Origin: Gemmatimonadota bacterium
GTDB lineage: Bacteria > Gemmatimonadota > Gemmatimonadetes > Gemmatimonadales > GWC2-71-9
Assembly (NCBI GenBank): GCA_036679605.1
Contig: JAZDCZ010000254.1
Location: 96,001-160,000, forward strand
Length of the DNA stretch: 64,000 bases
Reading direction: 5' to 3'
Positions 29,208 through 39,727 of the stretch are shown here, one piece after another. The translations under genes and the position numbers were made by a program. Each line of letters starts with the position of its first letter. Positions within the stretch are counted from its first letter, which is position 1. Under the pieces are notes generated by a model. The model was not told where the DNA came from, made no database searches, and saw only the letters and a program-made list of their open reading frames with translations.

Positions 29208-29303
29208 GCTTCGCGCAAGCAGTTCCACTGGCTGTCAAACCATCCACAGTTTCAACCATTTGGTTGAGGAAACGCGCTAAGTGCCTAGAATAGGCCAACT
29301 CCC

Positions 29304-30236
29304 GTGACTATGTTTCGATCCATGGAGATCGTCCAGTTGACTTCGCGAGATCGCCAGCCGGGACCAACGGTTCAACAACGCAAGCCACACTGGCTCAAGG
29401 TCAAGGCACCGGGCGGCAAGAACTACGTCGAGATCAGGAAGCTGATGCGCGAGTTGCGCCTTCACACGGTGTGTGAGGAAGCGCGGTGCCCGAATGTAGG
29501 TGAATGCTGGCAACACCGAGCGGCGACATTCATGGTGTTGGGGGATGTTTGCACTCGTAATTGCGCCTATTGCGCCGTGGCACACGGCACCCCTGCCGAG
29601 TACGATCCGGAAGAGCCTGAGCGACTTGCAGAGGCCGTGATGAAGATGCGGCTCGAGCACGTCGTGATTACAAGCGTGGACCGGGACGACTTGCCCAACG
29701 GTGGTGCGGAAATCTTTGCGGGATGTGTGAGGGAGATCCGCAAACGACTGCCCGAGACATCAGTGGAGGTCTTGATCCCTGATTTCAAAGGATCGGATAG
29801 AGCGCTGGAAATTGTGCTCGAGTCGGAGCCCGCCATTCTGAACCACAACCTTGAGACCATAGAGCGCCTCTATCCAATAGTTCGTCCTGGAGGCCGGTAC
29901 CAACGCGCGCTCCGCTTGCTTCGCAGAGCAAAAGAGATTCATCCGAGTCAGCTCACTAAGTCGGGCATCATCTGTGGGATGGGCGAAGAATGGGACGAGC
30001 TGATTGGCGCGATGAGCGATTTGCGAGCGGCTGGCGTGGACATACTCACCTTGGGGCAATATCTGCGACCATCGCGTTCCCATTTAGCGGTGGCGCGGTA
30101 CTACACGCCGGACGAGTTCGCTCAGCTTGCCAATGAGGGTAACGACCTAGGATATCGCCATGTGGAGGCTGGACCTCTCGTAAGATCCTCGTATCACGCC
30201 TGGGATCAGGTACAACAGGCGACAGCCACCGCCTAG
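29304..30236 (+). CDS. lipA: Lipoyl synthase
   Basis: CEEARCPNVGEC, CTRNCAYC, GQYLRP, VRSSYHA; exact start among 29304, 29310 and 29322 uncertain. Confidence 0.97.
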   Translation: MTMFRSMEIVQLTSRDRQPGPTVQQRKPHWLKVKAPGGKNYVEIRKLMRELRLHTVCEEARCPNVGECWQHRAATFMVLGDVCTRNCAYCAVAHGTPAEYDPEEPERLAEAVMKMRLEHVVITSVDRDDLPNGGAEIFAGCVREIRKRLPETSVEVLIPDFKGSDRALEIVLESEPAILNHNLETIERLYPIVRPGGRYQRALRLLRRAKEIHPSQLTKSGIICGMGEEWDELIGAMSDLRAAGVDILTLGQYLRPSRSHLAVARYYTPDEFAQLANEGNDLGYRHVEAGPLVRSSYHAWDQVQQATATA

Positions 30237-30256
30237 CAAGGATGTCTGGAGACTAG

Positions 30257-31252
30257 ATGGCACAACCCGCAATGACAGCGCTGGACACTGAGCGACAGGA
30301 TTTTTATCAACAGCTCTTGAGGCAAATGCTGTTGATCCGCCGATTCGAAGAGCGAACCGGCGAAGCCTACGCTCAAGGACAGATCGGCGGCTTCTGTCAT
30401 CTCTATATCGGGCAAGAGGCAGTTGCGGTAGGATCGATGGCCGCACTACGCGAAGACGATTACGTAATGACGAGCTACCGCGATCATGGTCATGCTCTCG
30501 CTCGTGGTCTTTCGGCGCGAGAGGTCATGGCGGAACTGTGGGGCAAGGCCACTGGTTGTTCGCACGGCAAGGGTGGATCAATGCACCTATTCAGCGTTGA
30601 GCACAACTTTCTGGGGGGCCATGGGATCGTTGGTGGCCACATACCATTGATAACCGGGACGGCCTTCGCGATTAAGTATCGTGACACCGATCAAGTCGCG
30701 GTTTGCTACTTCGGAGAAGCCGCGGTTAACAACGGGGCGTTTCATGAGGCTCTAAACATGGCTGCCCTGTGGAAACTCCCTGCGATCTTCATCTGCGAAA
30801 ACAACCGCTATGGAATGGGCACTGCGCTGGAGCGCGCCTCTGCCGTATATGACGTGGCGACTCGCGCCTGCTCATATGATATGGAGGCAGTGACCATCGA
30901 TGGTATGGACGTACTAGCCGTGTACGGTGAGACGCAGAAGGCCGTCGATCGAGCTAGGACCGACAAACTGCCGACCCTTTTGGAGATTCGCACATATCGC
31001 TTCATGGGCCACTCGATGTCCGACCCTATTCACGGACACTATCGCACGAAAGACGAGATCGAGGAACAAAAGAAACGTGACCCACTTGTAACTTTTTATG
31101 AGCGTCTACGGTCTGATGGAGTCATCACTGAGAGCGAGTACAATGCCATGGAGCAGGAGATCACCGAAGAGGTGGCCGACGCCATAGTGTTTGCCGAGCA
31201 GAGCGCCGAACCAGCGCCCGAAAATCTCTACACCGACGTGTACGCAGACTAA
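30257..31252 (+). CDS. pdhA: Pyruvate dehydrogenase E1 alpha
   Basis: GFCHLYIGQEA, GKGGSMH, TPP motif FGEAAVNNG...ENN, YRFMGHSMSDP. Confidence 0.95.
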   Translation: MAQPAMTALDTERQDFYQQLLRQMLLIRRFEERTGEAYAQGQIGGFCHLYIGQEAVAVGSMAALREDDYVMTSYRDHGHALARGLSAREVMAELWGKATGCSHGKGGSMHLFSVEHNFLGGHGIVGGHIPLITGTAFAIKYRDTDQVAVCYFGEAAVNNGAFHEALNMAALWKLPAIFICENNRYGMGTALERASAVYDVATRACSYDMEAVTIDGMDVLAVYGETQKAVDRARTDKLPTLLEIRTYRFMGHSMSDPIHGHYRTKDEIEEQKKRDPLVTFYERLRSDGVITESEYNAMEQEITEEVADAIVFAEQSAEPAPENLYTDVYAD

Positions 31253-32236
31253 ATGGCGACGATCACATACCGTGACGCCTTGAACCAAGCTCTTCGCGAG
31301 GAGATGCAACGAGATTCAGGCGTCTTCCTGATGGGCGAAGAAGTGGGAGTCTATCAAGGCGCCTACAAGGTCAGTCGAGGACTGCTCGAGGAATTCGGCG
31401 AAAAAAGGGTCGTAGACACGCCGATCACAGAACTCGGATTCGCCGGAGTCGGTGTCGGTGCAGCGATGGCGGGACTGCGACCGATCATCGAGTTCATGAC
31501 CTTCAATTTCGCGCTCCTTGCCCTAGACCAGATAGTCAACTCGGCCGCAAAGATGCTGTACATGTCTGGTGGACAGATTCCAGTACCCATCGTATTCCGC
31601 GGCCCGAGTGGCAGCGCACTCCAGCTCGCTGCTCAGCATTCACAGGCATTCGAGAGCTGGTACGCCCATATCCCCGGACTGAAAGTCGTAACACCAGCGA
31701 CACCGTACGACGCAAAAGGACTCTTGAAGTCCGCCATCCGCGATAATAACCCGGTCGTTTTCATCGAAGGTGAAATGATGTATAACGCCAAGGGTGATGT
31801 GCCGGAGGAAGATTATGCGATACCGTTGGGAAAGGCCGACATAAAAAAAGAGGGAACCGATGTGACAATCGTCTGTCACGGCAAGACGGTTCCTGTTGCC
31901 CTCAAGGCTGCTCAGCAACTTTCCGAGCAACTGGATCTTTCTGCCGAGGTCGTCGACCTGCGCACGGTTAGGCCGCTAGACGAAGAGACGTTGATTAGAA
32001 GCGTCCAGAAAACGAACCGCTGTGTCGTAGTTGAAGACGGTTGGCAATTCTGCGGAGTGGGGGCGCAGATAGTCGATACGATTCAGGCAGGCGCATTCGA
32101 TCATTTAGATGCACCAATCGCTCGAGTCACGCAGGCTGACACTCCCATGCCGTACAATAAGCAGTTGGAAAAAGCCGCCAAACCTAACCCAAAACTCGTA
32201 GTCGATGCCGTGAAGAAAGTCGCGTACATCGAGTAA
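31253..32236 (+). CDS. pdhB: Pyruvate dehydrogenase E1 beta
   Basis: MGEEVG, DTPITELGF, EFMTFNF, AAQHSQ. Confidence 0.95.
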   Translation: MATITYRDALNQALREEMQRDSGVFLMGEEVGVYQGAYKVSRGLLEEFGEKRVVDTPITELGFAGVGVGAAMAGLRPIIEFMTFNFALLALDQIVNSAAKMLYMSGGQIPVPIVFRGPSGSALQLAAQHSQAFESWYAHIPGLKVVTPATPYDAKGLLKSAIRDNNPVVFIEGEMMYNAKGDVPEEDYAIPLGKADIKKEGTDVTIVCHGKTVPVALKAAQQLSEQLDLSAEVVDLRTVRPLDEETLIRSVQKTNRCVVVEDGWQFCGVGAQIVDTIQAGAFDHLDAPIARVTQADTPMPYNKQLEKAAKPNPKLVVDAVKKVAYIE

Positions 32237-32254
32237 CCGATCCGACAACTACCT

Positions 32255-33475
32255 ATGGCAACTAAAGTCTATATGGAAGCCCTATCGCCCACCATGGAGG
32301 AAGGGCGAGTGATATCTTGGCTCAAGAGTGAAGGTGACTCTGTTAGCCAGGGCGACATACTCGCTGAGATCGAGACCGACAAGGCGATCATGGAACTCCA
32401 GGCGAGAGGAGACGGGGTACTGCGGCGTGTCCTGGCGGCGGAGGGAGCTACTGTCGACGTAGGCACTGTAATAGGAGTCATCGCGGCGGCGGACGACGAC
32501 ATCGACGCTCTCCTTGCGACTGATACCGACAAGGCGGATCCAACGAGCGATGCGCCGAAAGCGCCCGCTGACTCAAAGTCTCCCAGCGTCTCATCCAAAC
32601 CACACGATCAACCAGCGCCTGGGGGAAAAGAAATAAAATCGTCACCGCTGGCGCGGCGGATGGCACAAGAGCGTAGCATTGACCTCGCGGCAGTAACGGG
32701 TACCGGACCCGGCGGAAGAATCATTAAGCGTGATATTGACACTGCACCTTCACCGGGTGCTGCACCAACTGCCGCTACTGGCACACAGCTAGGTGGATTC
32801 GAAGACGTCCCGCTCAGCCAAATACGGAAGACCATTGCATCTCGCCTCGCCCAGTCACTTGGCCCCGTGCCCCACTTCTTTCTTACCTCCGAGATCGACA
32901 TGGAGAGAGTGTGGGAGGCGCGAAAAGCACTTCTTGCCAACAAAGATGCGCCGAAAATCTCGTTCAACGATATCATAATCAAAGTGGTCGCCGAAGCGTT
33001 ACGCCAACACCGAGCGTGCAACGCTTGGTGGCAAGAGGATCACATCAGGTACTTCAATGAGGTACACATCGCGATGGCCGTGGCCGTAGAAGATGGGCTC
33101 ATTACCCCGGTCATCCGCAATACGCACCTCAAGTCATTGCGTGAGATAGCGATCGAGAGCCGCGACCTAGCTCTCCGCGCTAGAGATCGCAAGCTTCGTC
33201 CGGAGGAGTACATCGGCGCAACGTTCACTGTATCCAATCTCGGGATGCTCGGCATCGACGAGTTTACCGCCGTGATCAATCCGCCCGAGGCAGGTATTCT
33301 AGCCGTGGGCTCGATTACTCAACGACCGGTTGTGACGGACGACGGTATAGTTGCCCGCAGACGCATGCGAGTCACGATGAGTTGCGACCACAGAGTGATA
33401 GATGGAGCCACCGGTGCCAGGTTCCTCCAGACAGTGAAACTCATGTTAGAAAATCCCTTGGCAATAGTCTGGTAA
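32255..33475 (+). CDS. pdhC: Dihydrolipoamide acetyltransferase E2
   Basis: LSPTMEEG, one lipoyl domain ETDKA, SPLARR binding domain, catalytic DHRVIDG. Confidence 0.95.
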   Translation: MATKVYMEALSPTMEEGRVISWLKSEGDSVSQGDILAEIETDKAIMELQARGDGVLRRVLAAEGATVDVGTVIGVIAAADDDIDALLATDTDKADPTSDAPKAPADSKSPSVSSKPHDQPAPGGKEIKSSPLARRMAQERSIDLAAVTGTGPGGRIIKRDIDTAPSPGAAPTAATGTQLGGFEDVPLSQIRKTIASRLAQSLGPVPHFFLTSEIDMERVWEARKALLANKDAPKISFNDIIIKVVAEALRQHRACNAWWQEDHIRYFNEVHIAMAVAVEDGLITPVIRNTHLKSLREIAIESRDLALRARDRKLRPEEYIGATFTVSNLGMLGIDEFTAVINPPEAGILAVGSITQRPVVTDDGIVARRRMRVTMSCDHRVIDGATGARFLQTVKLMLENPLAIVW

Positions 33476-33526
33476 CGGTTTTCGTGCCTGCCATACAGAT
33501 ACTCAAGCTCAACCAGGATCGGCTAC

Positions 33527-34921
33527 GTGGCTAACAACTTCGATATAATCATCCTCGGCGGCGGGCCCGCCGGATACGTCTGCGCCATACGAGCGGCCCA
33601 ACTCGGTCTCGAAACAGCGGTTATTGAAAAGGATAAACTTGGCGGCGTTTGCGTCAACGTGGGATGCATACCCAGCAAAGCTTTGTTGCACAGCGCCTAC
33701 GTCATAAATCTTATCAAGCACGATGCGAAGGCACTTGGCATTACAGTAGGGGAAGTCACGGCGGATTTCGCAACGGCCGTGAAGCATTCCCGGCAAGTAA
33801 GCGAACAGAATTCCAAGGGTGTCGGCTTCTTACTCAAGAAGAACAAAGTGACGGTCATAGCTGGCGAGGGAACATTACTACCTGGTAAGAAGATCAAGGT
33901 CGGCAGCGACACCTACACTGCATCGAAGGCAGTGGTGCTGGCAACGGGGAGCAGCGTCAAGGGCATCCCCCAAATCGGCCTTGAAATCAACAAGCAAACA
34001 GTCATCTCGTCCGACGAAGCGCTATTTCTGGACAAGGCTCCTGAGTCCCTCGCGATCGTGGGTGCTGGAGCCGTCGGTATGGAGTTCGCCGACGTCTTCA
34101 ATGCATTTGGATCGACCGTCACGCTCATAGAGGCGTTGCCCCGAGTGCTCCCCAACGAAGACAAGGAATCTTCGACTGCGGTTGCGAGGAGTTTCAAGAA
34201 GCGAAAAATCGCGATGCTCACGGGAGCAACGATCAAGTCTGCCAACGTTACGAATGACAAGGTAACGCTGGAAGTGGAGTCTGGAGGTGCCGGCAAAACA
34301 GTAGAGGTCGATATGGTGCTCATGGCAGCCGGTCGCGCCATCAACGTTCAGGGTATCGGACTGGAAAAGGCTGGAGTGGAACTGACCGAACAGGGATTCA
34401 TCAAGGTCAATTCCAAGCTGCAAACGACACAGGAAGGAGTCTACAGCATCGGCGACGTAGCAGGACCACCTATGCTGGCACACAAAGGCAGTCGCGAAGG
34501 AGTCCTTGTGGCCGAACTGATCGGCGGGCAGGAGCCACACCCGATTAGGTACGACAACATTCCTAGCGTCACCTACTGTCACCCGGAAGTCGCCAGCATT
34601 GGCCTAACGGAAGACCAATGCAAGGAACAAGCACTGGACTATGTGGTCGGCAAGTTCGCGCTCACTGCCAACGGACGTGCCCGAGCTAGCCGCGAAACAG
34701 AAGGTTTTGTGAAGATCATTCGTGAAAAGAAATATGGGGAAATACTCGGTGCACACATCGTCGCATCCCATGCGAGCGAACTAATACATGAACTGACGGT
34801 GGCCCGGGAAAACGAATATACCGTAGAGGAAATCGAACTCGCGATACATGCCCACCCGACACTGTCGGAGGCCATAGCCGAAGCTGCACTCGATTCTCTG
34901 GGAAGGGTGATTCACACATAA
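33527..34921 (+). CDS. lpdA: Dihydrolipoamide dehydrogenase E3
   Basis: GGGPAGY, GGVCVNVGCIPSK, GAGAVG, HAHPTLSE. Confidence 0.96.
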   Translation: MANNFDIIILGGGPAGYVCAIRAAQLGLETAVIEKDKLGGVCVNVGCIPSKALLHSAYVINLIKHDAKALGITVGEVTADFATAVKHSRQVSEQNSKGVGFLLKKNKVTVIAGEGTLLPGKKIKVGSDTYTASKAVVLATGSSVKGIPQIGLEINKQTVISSDEALFLDKAPESLAIVGAGAVGMEFADVFNAFGSTVTLIEALPRVLPNEDKESSTAVARSFKKRKIAMLTGATIKSANVTNDKVTLEVESGGAGKTVEVDMVLMAAGRAINVQGIGLEKAGVELTEQGFIKVNSKLQTTQEGVYSIGDVAGPPMLAHKGSREGVLVAELIGGQEPHPIRYDNIPSVTYCHPEVASIGLTEDQCKEQALDYVVGKFALTANGRARASRETEGFVKIIREKKYGEILGAHIVASHASELIHELTVARENEYTVEEIELAIHAHPTLSEAIAEAALDSLGRVIHT

Positions 34922-34924
34922 GGA

Positions 34925-35341
34925 GTGCGGACTACAAACGATCCCGTCGCACTGGCGCTCGCTAGTTTGGTTGCTGGTGCCGCCGCCGGTGGTACCATGA
35001 TCACGCTGGGCGTTATCGTTCTACGATCCATCCCTGGCCAGGAGGCAATCCAGGAGATCCCCGACCACTTGACTGCCCAGGATGTCGTTCTGCAAGTGAG
35101 TCTTCTAGGGGGAGTGGTTGTCGCCGCAACGTCCGGCTGGCTATTGACGCGTGCGATCCCCGACTACTATCGCCGTGGGTTGACTGCGGCCCTCGGAGTC
35201 CTCGGAAGCTTCATCTTGGGTGGCATGGCACTGCCGGTGGACATGGTCGGTCACCGAGTCGGCCTATCCGTCCATCTCATCGCCCTGATAGCTCTTGGCA
35301 ATTATGCTTTCCGCAAGGCTCGTCGAGCAGCGACATCATGA
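34925..35341 (+). CDS. Four-TM membrane hypothetical protein
   Basis: Four hydrophobic segments; fills the lpdA-lipB gap, with an ATGA overlap into lipB. Confidence 0.7.
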   Translation: MRTTNDPVALALASLVAGAAAGGTMITLGVIVLRSIPGQEAIQEIPDHLTAQDVVLQVSLLGGVVVAATSGWLLTRAIPDYYRRGLTAALGVLGSFILGGMALPVDMVGHRVGLSVHLIALIALGNYAFRKARRAATS

Positions 35342-36033
35342 GCCGGGACCTCGCCGTCGTCGGACTCGGACGCATGGGGTATGAAGAGGCGCTCGATACC
35401 CAGTTGCGCCTGGCACAGAGCCGCATAACACGCGTAGTCGAGCACGATATTCTCCTGTTGGTAGAACACCCGCCGGTTATTACCATGGGCAGGAACTTCA
35501 ACGCGGCCAGCCTCCCAACACACCGCAAGGTCCTTGACGATCGCGGCATTGGGTTGTTCGAGGCCGACCGCGGCGGAGATGTGACGTTCCATGGACCTGG
35601 GCAACTCGTCGGATATCCAATATTTGATCTGGCCGAACACAAACAAGACCTGCATTGGTTCCTACGTCAGTTGGAGGCATGCCTGATAGTATCGCTATCC
35701 GACTTAGGGATAACAGCAGAACGCAGTGAAGGGTACACAGGTGTATGGACATCCGGTCGCAAGATTGCCAGCATCGGCATTCACGTAAAACAGTGGGTGA
35801 CGTGGCACGGCTTCGCGCTCAACATATCGACCGACCTGTCGTACTTCGACCTAATCGTCCCCTGCGGAATAGGGAATGTGGTAATGACCAGCGTGAAACG
35901 TGAACTCGCCGAGCGGGCACCACGGGACCTGTGGGGACGAGCGCTGGATAGTGTCGTGCTTGGTTTCTCGGAAGTCTTCGGTCAGCAACCTCAGATGATT
36001 GGACTGGAATCGATTCTGGAACCGGCCTCTTGA
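35338..36033 (+). CDS. lipB: Lipoyl(octanoyl) transferase
   Basis: EHPPVITMGR, RGGDVTFHGPGQLVGYP, KIASIG, HGFALN, IVPCG. Confidence 0.96.
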   Translation: MSRDLAVVGLGRMGYEEALDTQLRLAQSRITRVVEHDILLLVEHPPVITMGRNFNAASLPTHRKVLDDRGIGLFEADRGGDVTFHGPGQLVGYPIFDLAEHKQDLHWFLRQLEACLIVSLSDLGITAERSEGYTGVWTSGRKIASIGIHVKQWVTWHGFALNISTDLSYFDLIVPCGIGNVVMTSVKRELAERAPRDLWGRALDSVVLGFSEVFGQQPQMIGLESILEPAS

Positions 36034-36034
36034 T

Positions 36035-37405
36035 CTAGCTCCCCTCCCGCCCCAACAAATCCATGAATCTTCCGAATACCCTAACGCCATTCAAGAATTG
36101 ATCTACGCCCAGCTTTTCGTTCGGGGCATGAAGCCCATCGTCCGGTAATCCGATGCCACTCAGTATCACTGGCGCACCTTCCTGCGCAAGAGATGGCACG
36201 ACAGGTATGGAACCTCCGGAGCGAATCTTGACGGGACGCCGGCCCTCTACCTCGTGAAATGCTTGGTCTATTAGGGCAAACACCGGCGACCCCGTGTCCA
36301 CCTGCACGGGGTCCGCTCCATGAACGAACGCTACGGACACTTCCGCATACTTGGGCGCCGCCGCCTTTACCGCCGCTTTCAGCTGGCGTTGGACGGTCTT
36401 CCATTTTTGGTTTGGTACTAGACGTAAGCTCACCTTCGCTGTCGCGACTGCCGGTATCACCGTCTTTGCTCCTTCATCCGTGAAACCGCCGGCTATCCCA
36501 TGGATCTCCAATGTTGGCAAGGCCCATATGCGTTCCAGCACCGGATAACGGGTGAGCCCGGTTAGGGCCTTTGCGCCTACCTCATCCCTCAGGAAATTGC
36601 GTGGCTTGAACGGGAGTTTGCTCCACCCATCCCTTTCCCACTTGGGAGGCCGTTCAACTGCCTCATACAGTCCGGGAATGAGGATGCGGCCGGTCGGACT
36701 CTTGAGCTTGGCAAGGATTTGCACAAGTGCCTCATGGGCATTGGGAGCGACACCACCGTAAAGACCTGAATGCAAATCCCCCTTCAAAGTGCGAACGGTA
36801 ATCTCCGAATAGCATAGACCTCTGAGAGCGGTTTCCACAGCCGGCTGGCCGGGAGCATAGTAGGGCATATCGGCAACCAGTACTGCATCGGCCTGGGTCA
36901 ATTTTGGTCTACGGTCCAACAGGTCGAACAAGACCGCACCCCCTGACTCTTCCTGTCCTTCGATCAAGAAGCGCACGTTGACCGGCGGCTCGCCGTATCG
37001 GCTGACCGCCTCAAATGCTTTGATGATCGCGAAAACTTGGCCCTTATCGTCCGTCGATCCGCGTGCATAGATATTACCGTTTCGAATCGTGGGCTCGAAC
37101 GGAGGGGTCTTCCACAGATCGATAGGATCGGATGGCTGCACGTCATAGTGTCCGTACACCAACACAGTGGGCTTGCCGGGTATGCGGGGGCCCTCCGCCC
37201 AAACTACGGGATGTGTATGGCTGGCCAGAAGTTCCGCCTTCCGACAGCCCAGGGCCTTGAGGTGATCGGCCAGCCACTGAGCGGCCAGACGACAATCGTC
37301 GGCGTGCGCCGGATCGGTAGAAATACTGGGAATACGAAGAAGTTCCTTCAACTCGCCGAGCATCCTGGCCCGTTCGGAGCGCACGTACGCATCCAAGTTT
37401 GTCAT
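36035..37405 (-). CDS. M20 family dipeptidase
   Basis: YGHYDVQP, RGSTDDKGQ, EGQEESG, DLHSG, GGSIP, HAPNEK; start MTNLD at 37405. Confidence 0.92.
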   Translation of the reverse strand: MTNLDAYVRSERARMLGELKELLRIPSISTDPAHADDCRLAAQWLADHLKALGCRKAELLASHTHPVVWAEGPRIPGKPTVLVYGHYDVQPSDPIDLWKTPPFEPTIRNGNIYARGSTDDKGQVFAIIKAFEAVSRYGEPPVNVRFLIEGQEESGGAVLFDLLDRRPKLTQADAVLVADMPYYAPGQPAVETALRGLCYSEITVRTLKGDLHSGLYGGVAPNAHEALVQILAKLKSPTGRILIPGLYEAVERPPKWERDGWSKLPFKPRNFLRDEVGAKALTGLTRYPVLERIWALPTLEIHGIAGGFTDEGAKTVIPAVATAKVSLRLVPNQKWKTVQRQLKAAVKAAAPKYAEVSVAFVHGADPVQVDTGSPVFALIDQAFHEVEGRRPVKIRSGGSIPVVPSLAQEGAPVILSGIGLPDDGLHAPNEKLGVDQFLNGVRVFGRFMDLLGREGS

Positions 37406-37484
37406 AGCTGGATTATACCTCCCGCCTTGCATAGTGGGTACTCCTCTCACATTCTTCCACTGGCTTGAAATACGGGGCAGCTAC

Positions 37485-38774
37485 ATGACGTCAACGATAA
37501 AAAGAACGTCGATGACGACGCGCGCGATCGTGCGGAGTCAGTTTGACTTTGCTGCAGATCTTCTCGATCTGACGCCATTCATGCGACGTCTTCTCGCACA
37601 GCCGTTCCGGTCCGTTACGGTCGAGGTTCCGGTTCGGATGGACGACGGGTCGTTTGAGGTATTTCGCGGATACCGCATACAACACAACGGTGCCCGTGGA
37701 CCGTGCAAGGGAGGCATACGCTACCATCCCGAAGCCGATGAGCACGAAGTCCTTGGGTTGGCAACGACCATGACTTGGAAGACCGCCCTGGTCGAAGTGC
37801 CTTTTGGTGGAGCCAAAGGGGGCATTCAGGTAGATCCCCGGAAAATGTCGCTGCGTGAACTGGAAGCGTTGACCCGATCTTTCATTAGCCGAATATCAAT
37901 AGTGCTCGGCCCGTATCGTGACATTCCAGCTCCAGACATGGGTACTAACGCGCAGGTCATGGCATGGGTGCTGGACGAGTACTCCAAGAGGATGGGTTAC
38001 ACGCCTGGCTGCGTCACAGGCAAGCCGGTATCGTTAGGAGGGTCGCTGGGCAGGGAAGATGCGACAGGTCGAGGCGTCGCATATGCCATGGTCGAGTACG
38101 CCAAGCATTACGGTGTGCCGCTCAAAGACGGGCGGGTGGTGATTCAGGGATTCGGCAACGTCGGAGCCCATCTTTCTCGCTTGCTTCACGATGAAGGCGC
38201 CAAGGTCATCGCTGTTTCCGATGTCGACGGCGGGCTCCATAACGAAGATGGCCTGGATATCCCCAATCTGTTCCAACATGCGTACCAGGAGCGGAAACCG
38301 GTGGGCGAGTTCGCCGGCGGAGGAGATCCTATTACAAACGATGAACTGTGGAACGTTTCCTGTGACTGGTTGGTGCCTGCTGCCCTAGGAGGCGTTATCA
38401 CCAAAGAAAAAAATGCCTCGTCCATTGACTGCAAGGTGGTGGTCGAGGCGGCAAACAGCCCCGTTACTCCAACGAGCGACAGAATTCTCGACGACCGGGG
38501 CATAGTCGTGCTTCCTGACTTTCTCGTCAACGCCGGCGGGGTAATCGCTAGTTACTTCGAGTGGGTTCAGAACCTGCAGCAGCACCCATGGACGCTGGAG
38601 GCGGTACACTCTGAGCTGAAGCAGAAAATGCTCGTAGCCTACAACAGCGTTCGTGACATGGTCGAAGAGAAAGGCATTCCGTGGAGAACGGCCGCCTATA
38701 TGATCAGCCTGGCGCGGGTTGCGGAAGCCGAGAGCCTCCGTGGCCAGTCGAGCTCAAACGGGAAGCAAGACTAG
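37485..38774 (+). CDS. gdhA: Glu/Leu/Phe/Val dehydrogenase (glutamate dehydrogenase)
   Basis: KGGIRYHP, MTWK, GGAKGG, DIPAPDMGT, ATGRG, QGFGNVG, NAGGVIASYFEWVQN. Confidence 0.93.
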   Translation: MTSTIKRTSMTTRAIVRSQFDFAADLLDLTPFMRRLLAQPFRSVTVEVPVRMDDGSFEVFRGYRIQHNGARGPCKGGIRYHPEADEHEVLGLATTMTWKTALVEVPFGGAKGGIQVDPRKMSLRELEALTRSFISRISIVLGPYRDIPAPDMGTNAQVMAWVLDEYSKRMGYTPGCVTGKPVSLGGSLGREDATGRGVAYAMVEYAKHYGVPLKDGRVVIQGFGNVGAHLSRLLHDEGAKVIAVSDVDGGLHNEDGLDIPNLFQHAYQERKPVGEFAGGGDPITNDELWNVSCDWLVPAALGGVITKEKNASSIDCKVVVEAANSPVTPTSDRILDDRGIVVLPDFLVNAGGVIASYFEWVQNLQQHPWTLEAVHSELKQKMLVAYNSVRDMVEEKGIPWRTAAYMISLARVAEAESLRGQSSSNGKQD

Positions 38775-38775
38775 A

Positions 38776-39726
38776 CTAGAGAGCGAGTCTCAACCCGAAG
38801 TGGTGGGCGGTATCCAGAAAAACGTCATTCTCCTGAAACGCCCAGTCAATGGCAACGTTCTTGAGTACGACAGAAGCACCGAAGGCGAACTCGGACAGAT
38901 TTGTTCCGGCCGGCCGCGACTTGAAGGCCCCTCGCACAATTATCCCGAACCCCCGGTCGACCACTCCACCCTCTCCACCCAGTACTAGCCGTGAGCCGCG
39001 ACCTTCCGGCCACTGCAGTTCGGCCGTGGACAGGAGCCTCACGGCATCGAGTGGATCCAAGTAGTTCATTGTGAACCCGAGCCGTGTTAGTCGCGGCAGA
39101 GCGAGTGCCGAGTTGTTCTTCCAGTTGCCTCCGATATTCTGCACCGCGAACCCCAGCGCTGCGATATCCAAAAGCGCGATAGCTATTCCGACGTCACCGC
39201 TGAACGCCTCGTCATCCGTGGCGTCCACCGACCGGCGGAGATATTTGGTGCTACCTCCGAACGCGATCATCCCGAATCTGTAAACTCCGGACCCGACAAG
39301 CCCAACTTCGTCGGCATCAGCACCTGCCGAGGCCCCGGCCCCGAGCAAGCGACCGGGCTCTGACCCAAAGTCCATGCGCTCTACCCCGAAACCCAGATCG
39401 AACTGCCGCAGCCGCAAAGCTATCGATGCGGCCGAGAGCGAGCCTCCTGCGGGAACGCTGCGATAGCTCCCCTCCAGACCGCCATGACGCAGCGTGGCGA
39501 TACCTGCCGGGTTGCTGAAGATCGCTCCGGGATACCCCATGAGAGCGGCACCCGAGCCCTGTAGTCCCGCGCTACGCACTGACGGTGACATCGACAACAC
39601 GAATGGCCGGTTGGGTCGCGTGACCTGTGCTAATAGTGAGACGGCATCGGTGATAGTTGCCACGGACACGCACACCAGTGCCACGGCCACCCTCGCGGTA
39701 AACCGCTTGCGAGGAAGGCGCATCAC
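38776..39726 (-). CDS. PorV/UPF0164 (FadL-like) outer-membrane beta-barrel
   Basis: Signal peptide; hatch motif SPSVRSAGLQG...AIFSNPAGIA, DVG, QNIG, LP...RLG, C-terminal HHFGLRLAL. Confidence 0.65.
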   Translation of the reverse strand: MMRLPRKRFTARVAVALVCVSVATITDAVSLLAQVTRPNRPFVLSMSPSVRSAGLQGSGAALMGYPGAIFSNPAGIATLRHGGLEGSYRSVPAGGSLSAASIALRLRQFDLGFGVERMDFGSEPGRLLGAGASAGADADEVGLVGSGVYRFGMIAFGGSTKYLRRSVDATDDEAFSGDVGIAIALLDIAALGFAVQNIGGNWKNNSALALPRLTRLGFTMNYLDPLDAVRLLSTAELQWPEGRGSRLVLGGEGGVVDRGFGIIVRGAFKSRPAGTNLSEFAFGASVVLKNVAIDWAFQENDVFLDTAHHFGLRLAL

Positions 39727-39727
39727 C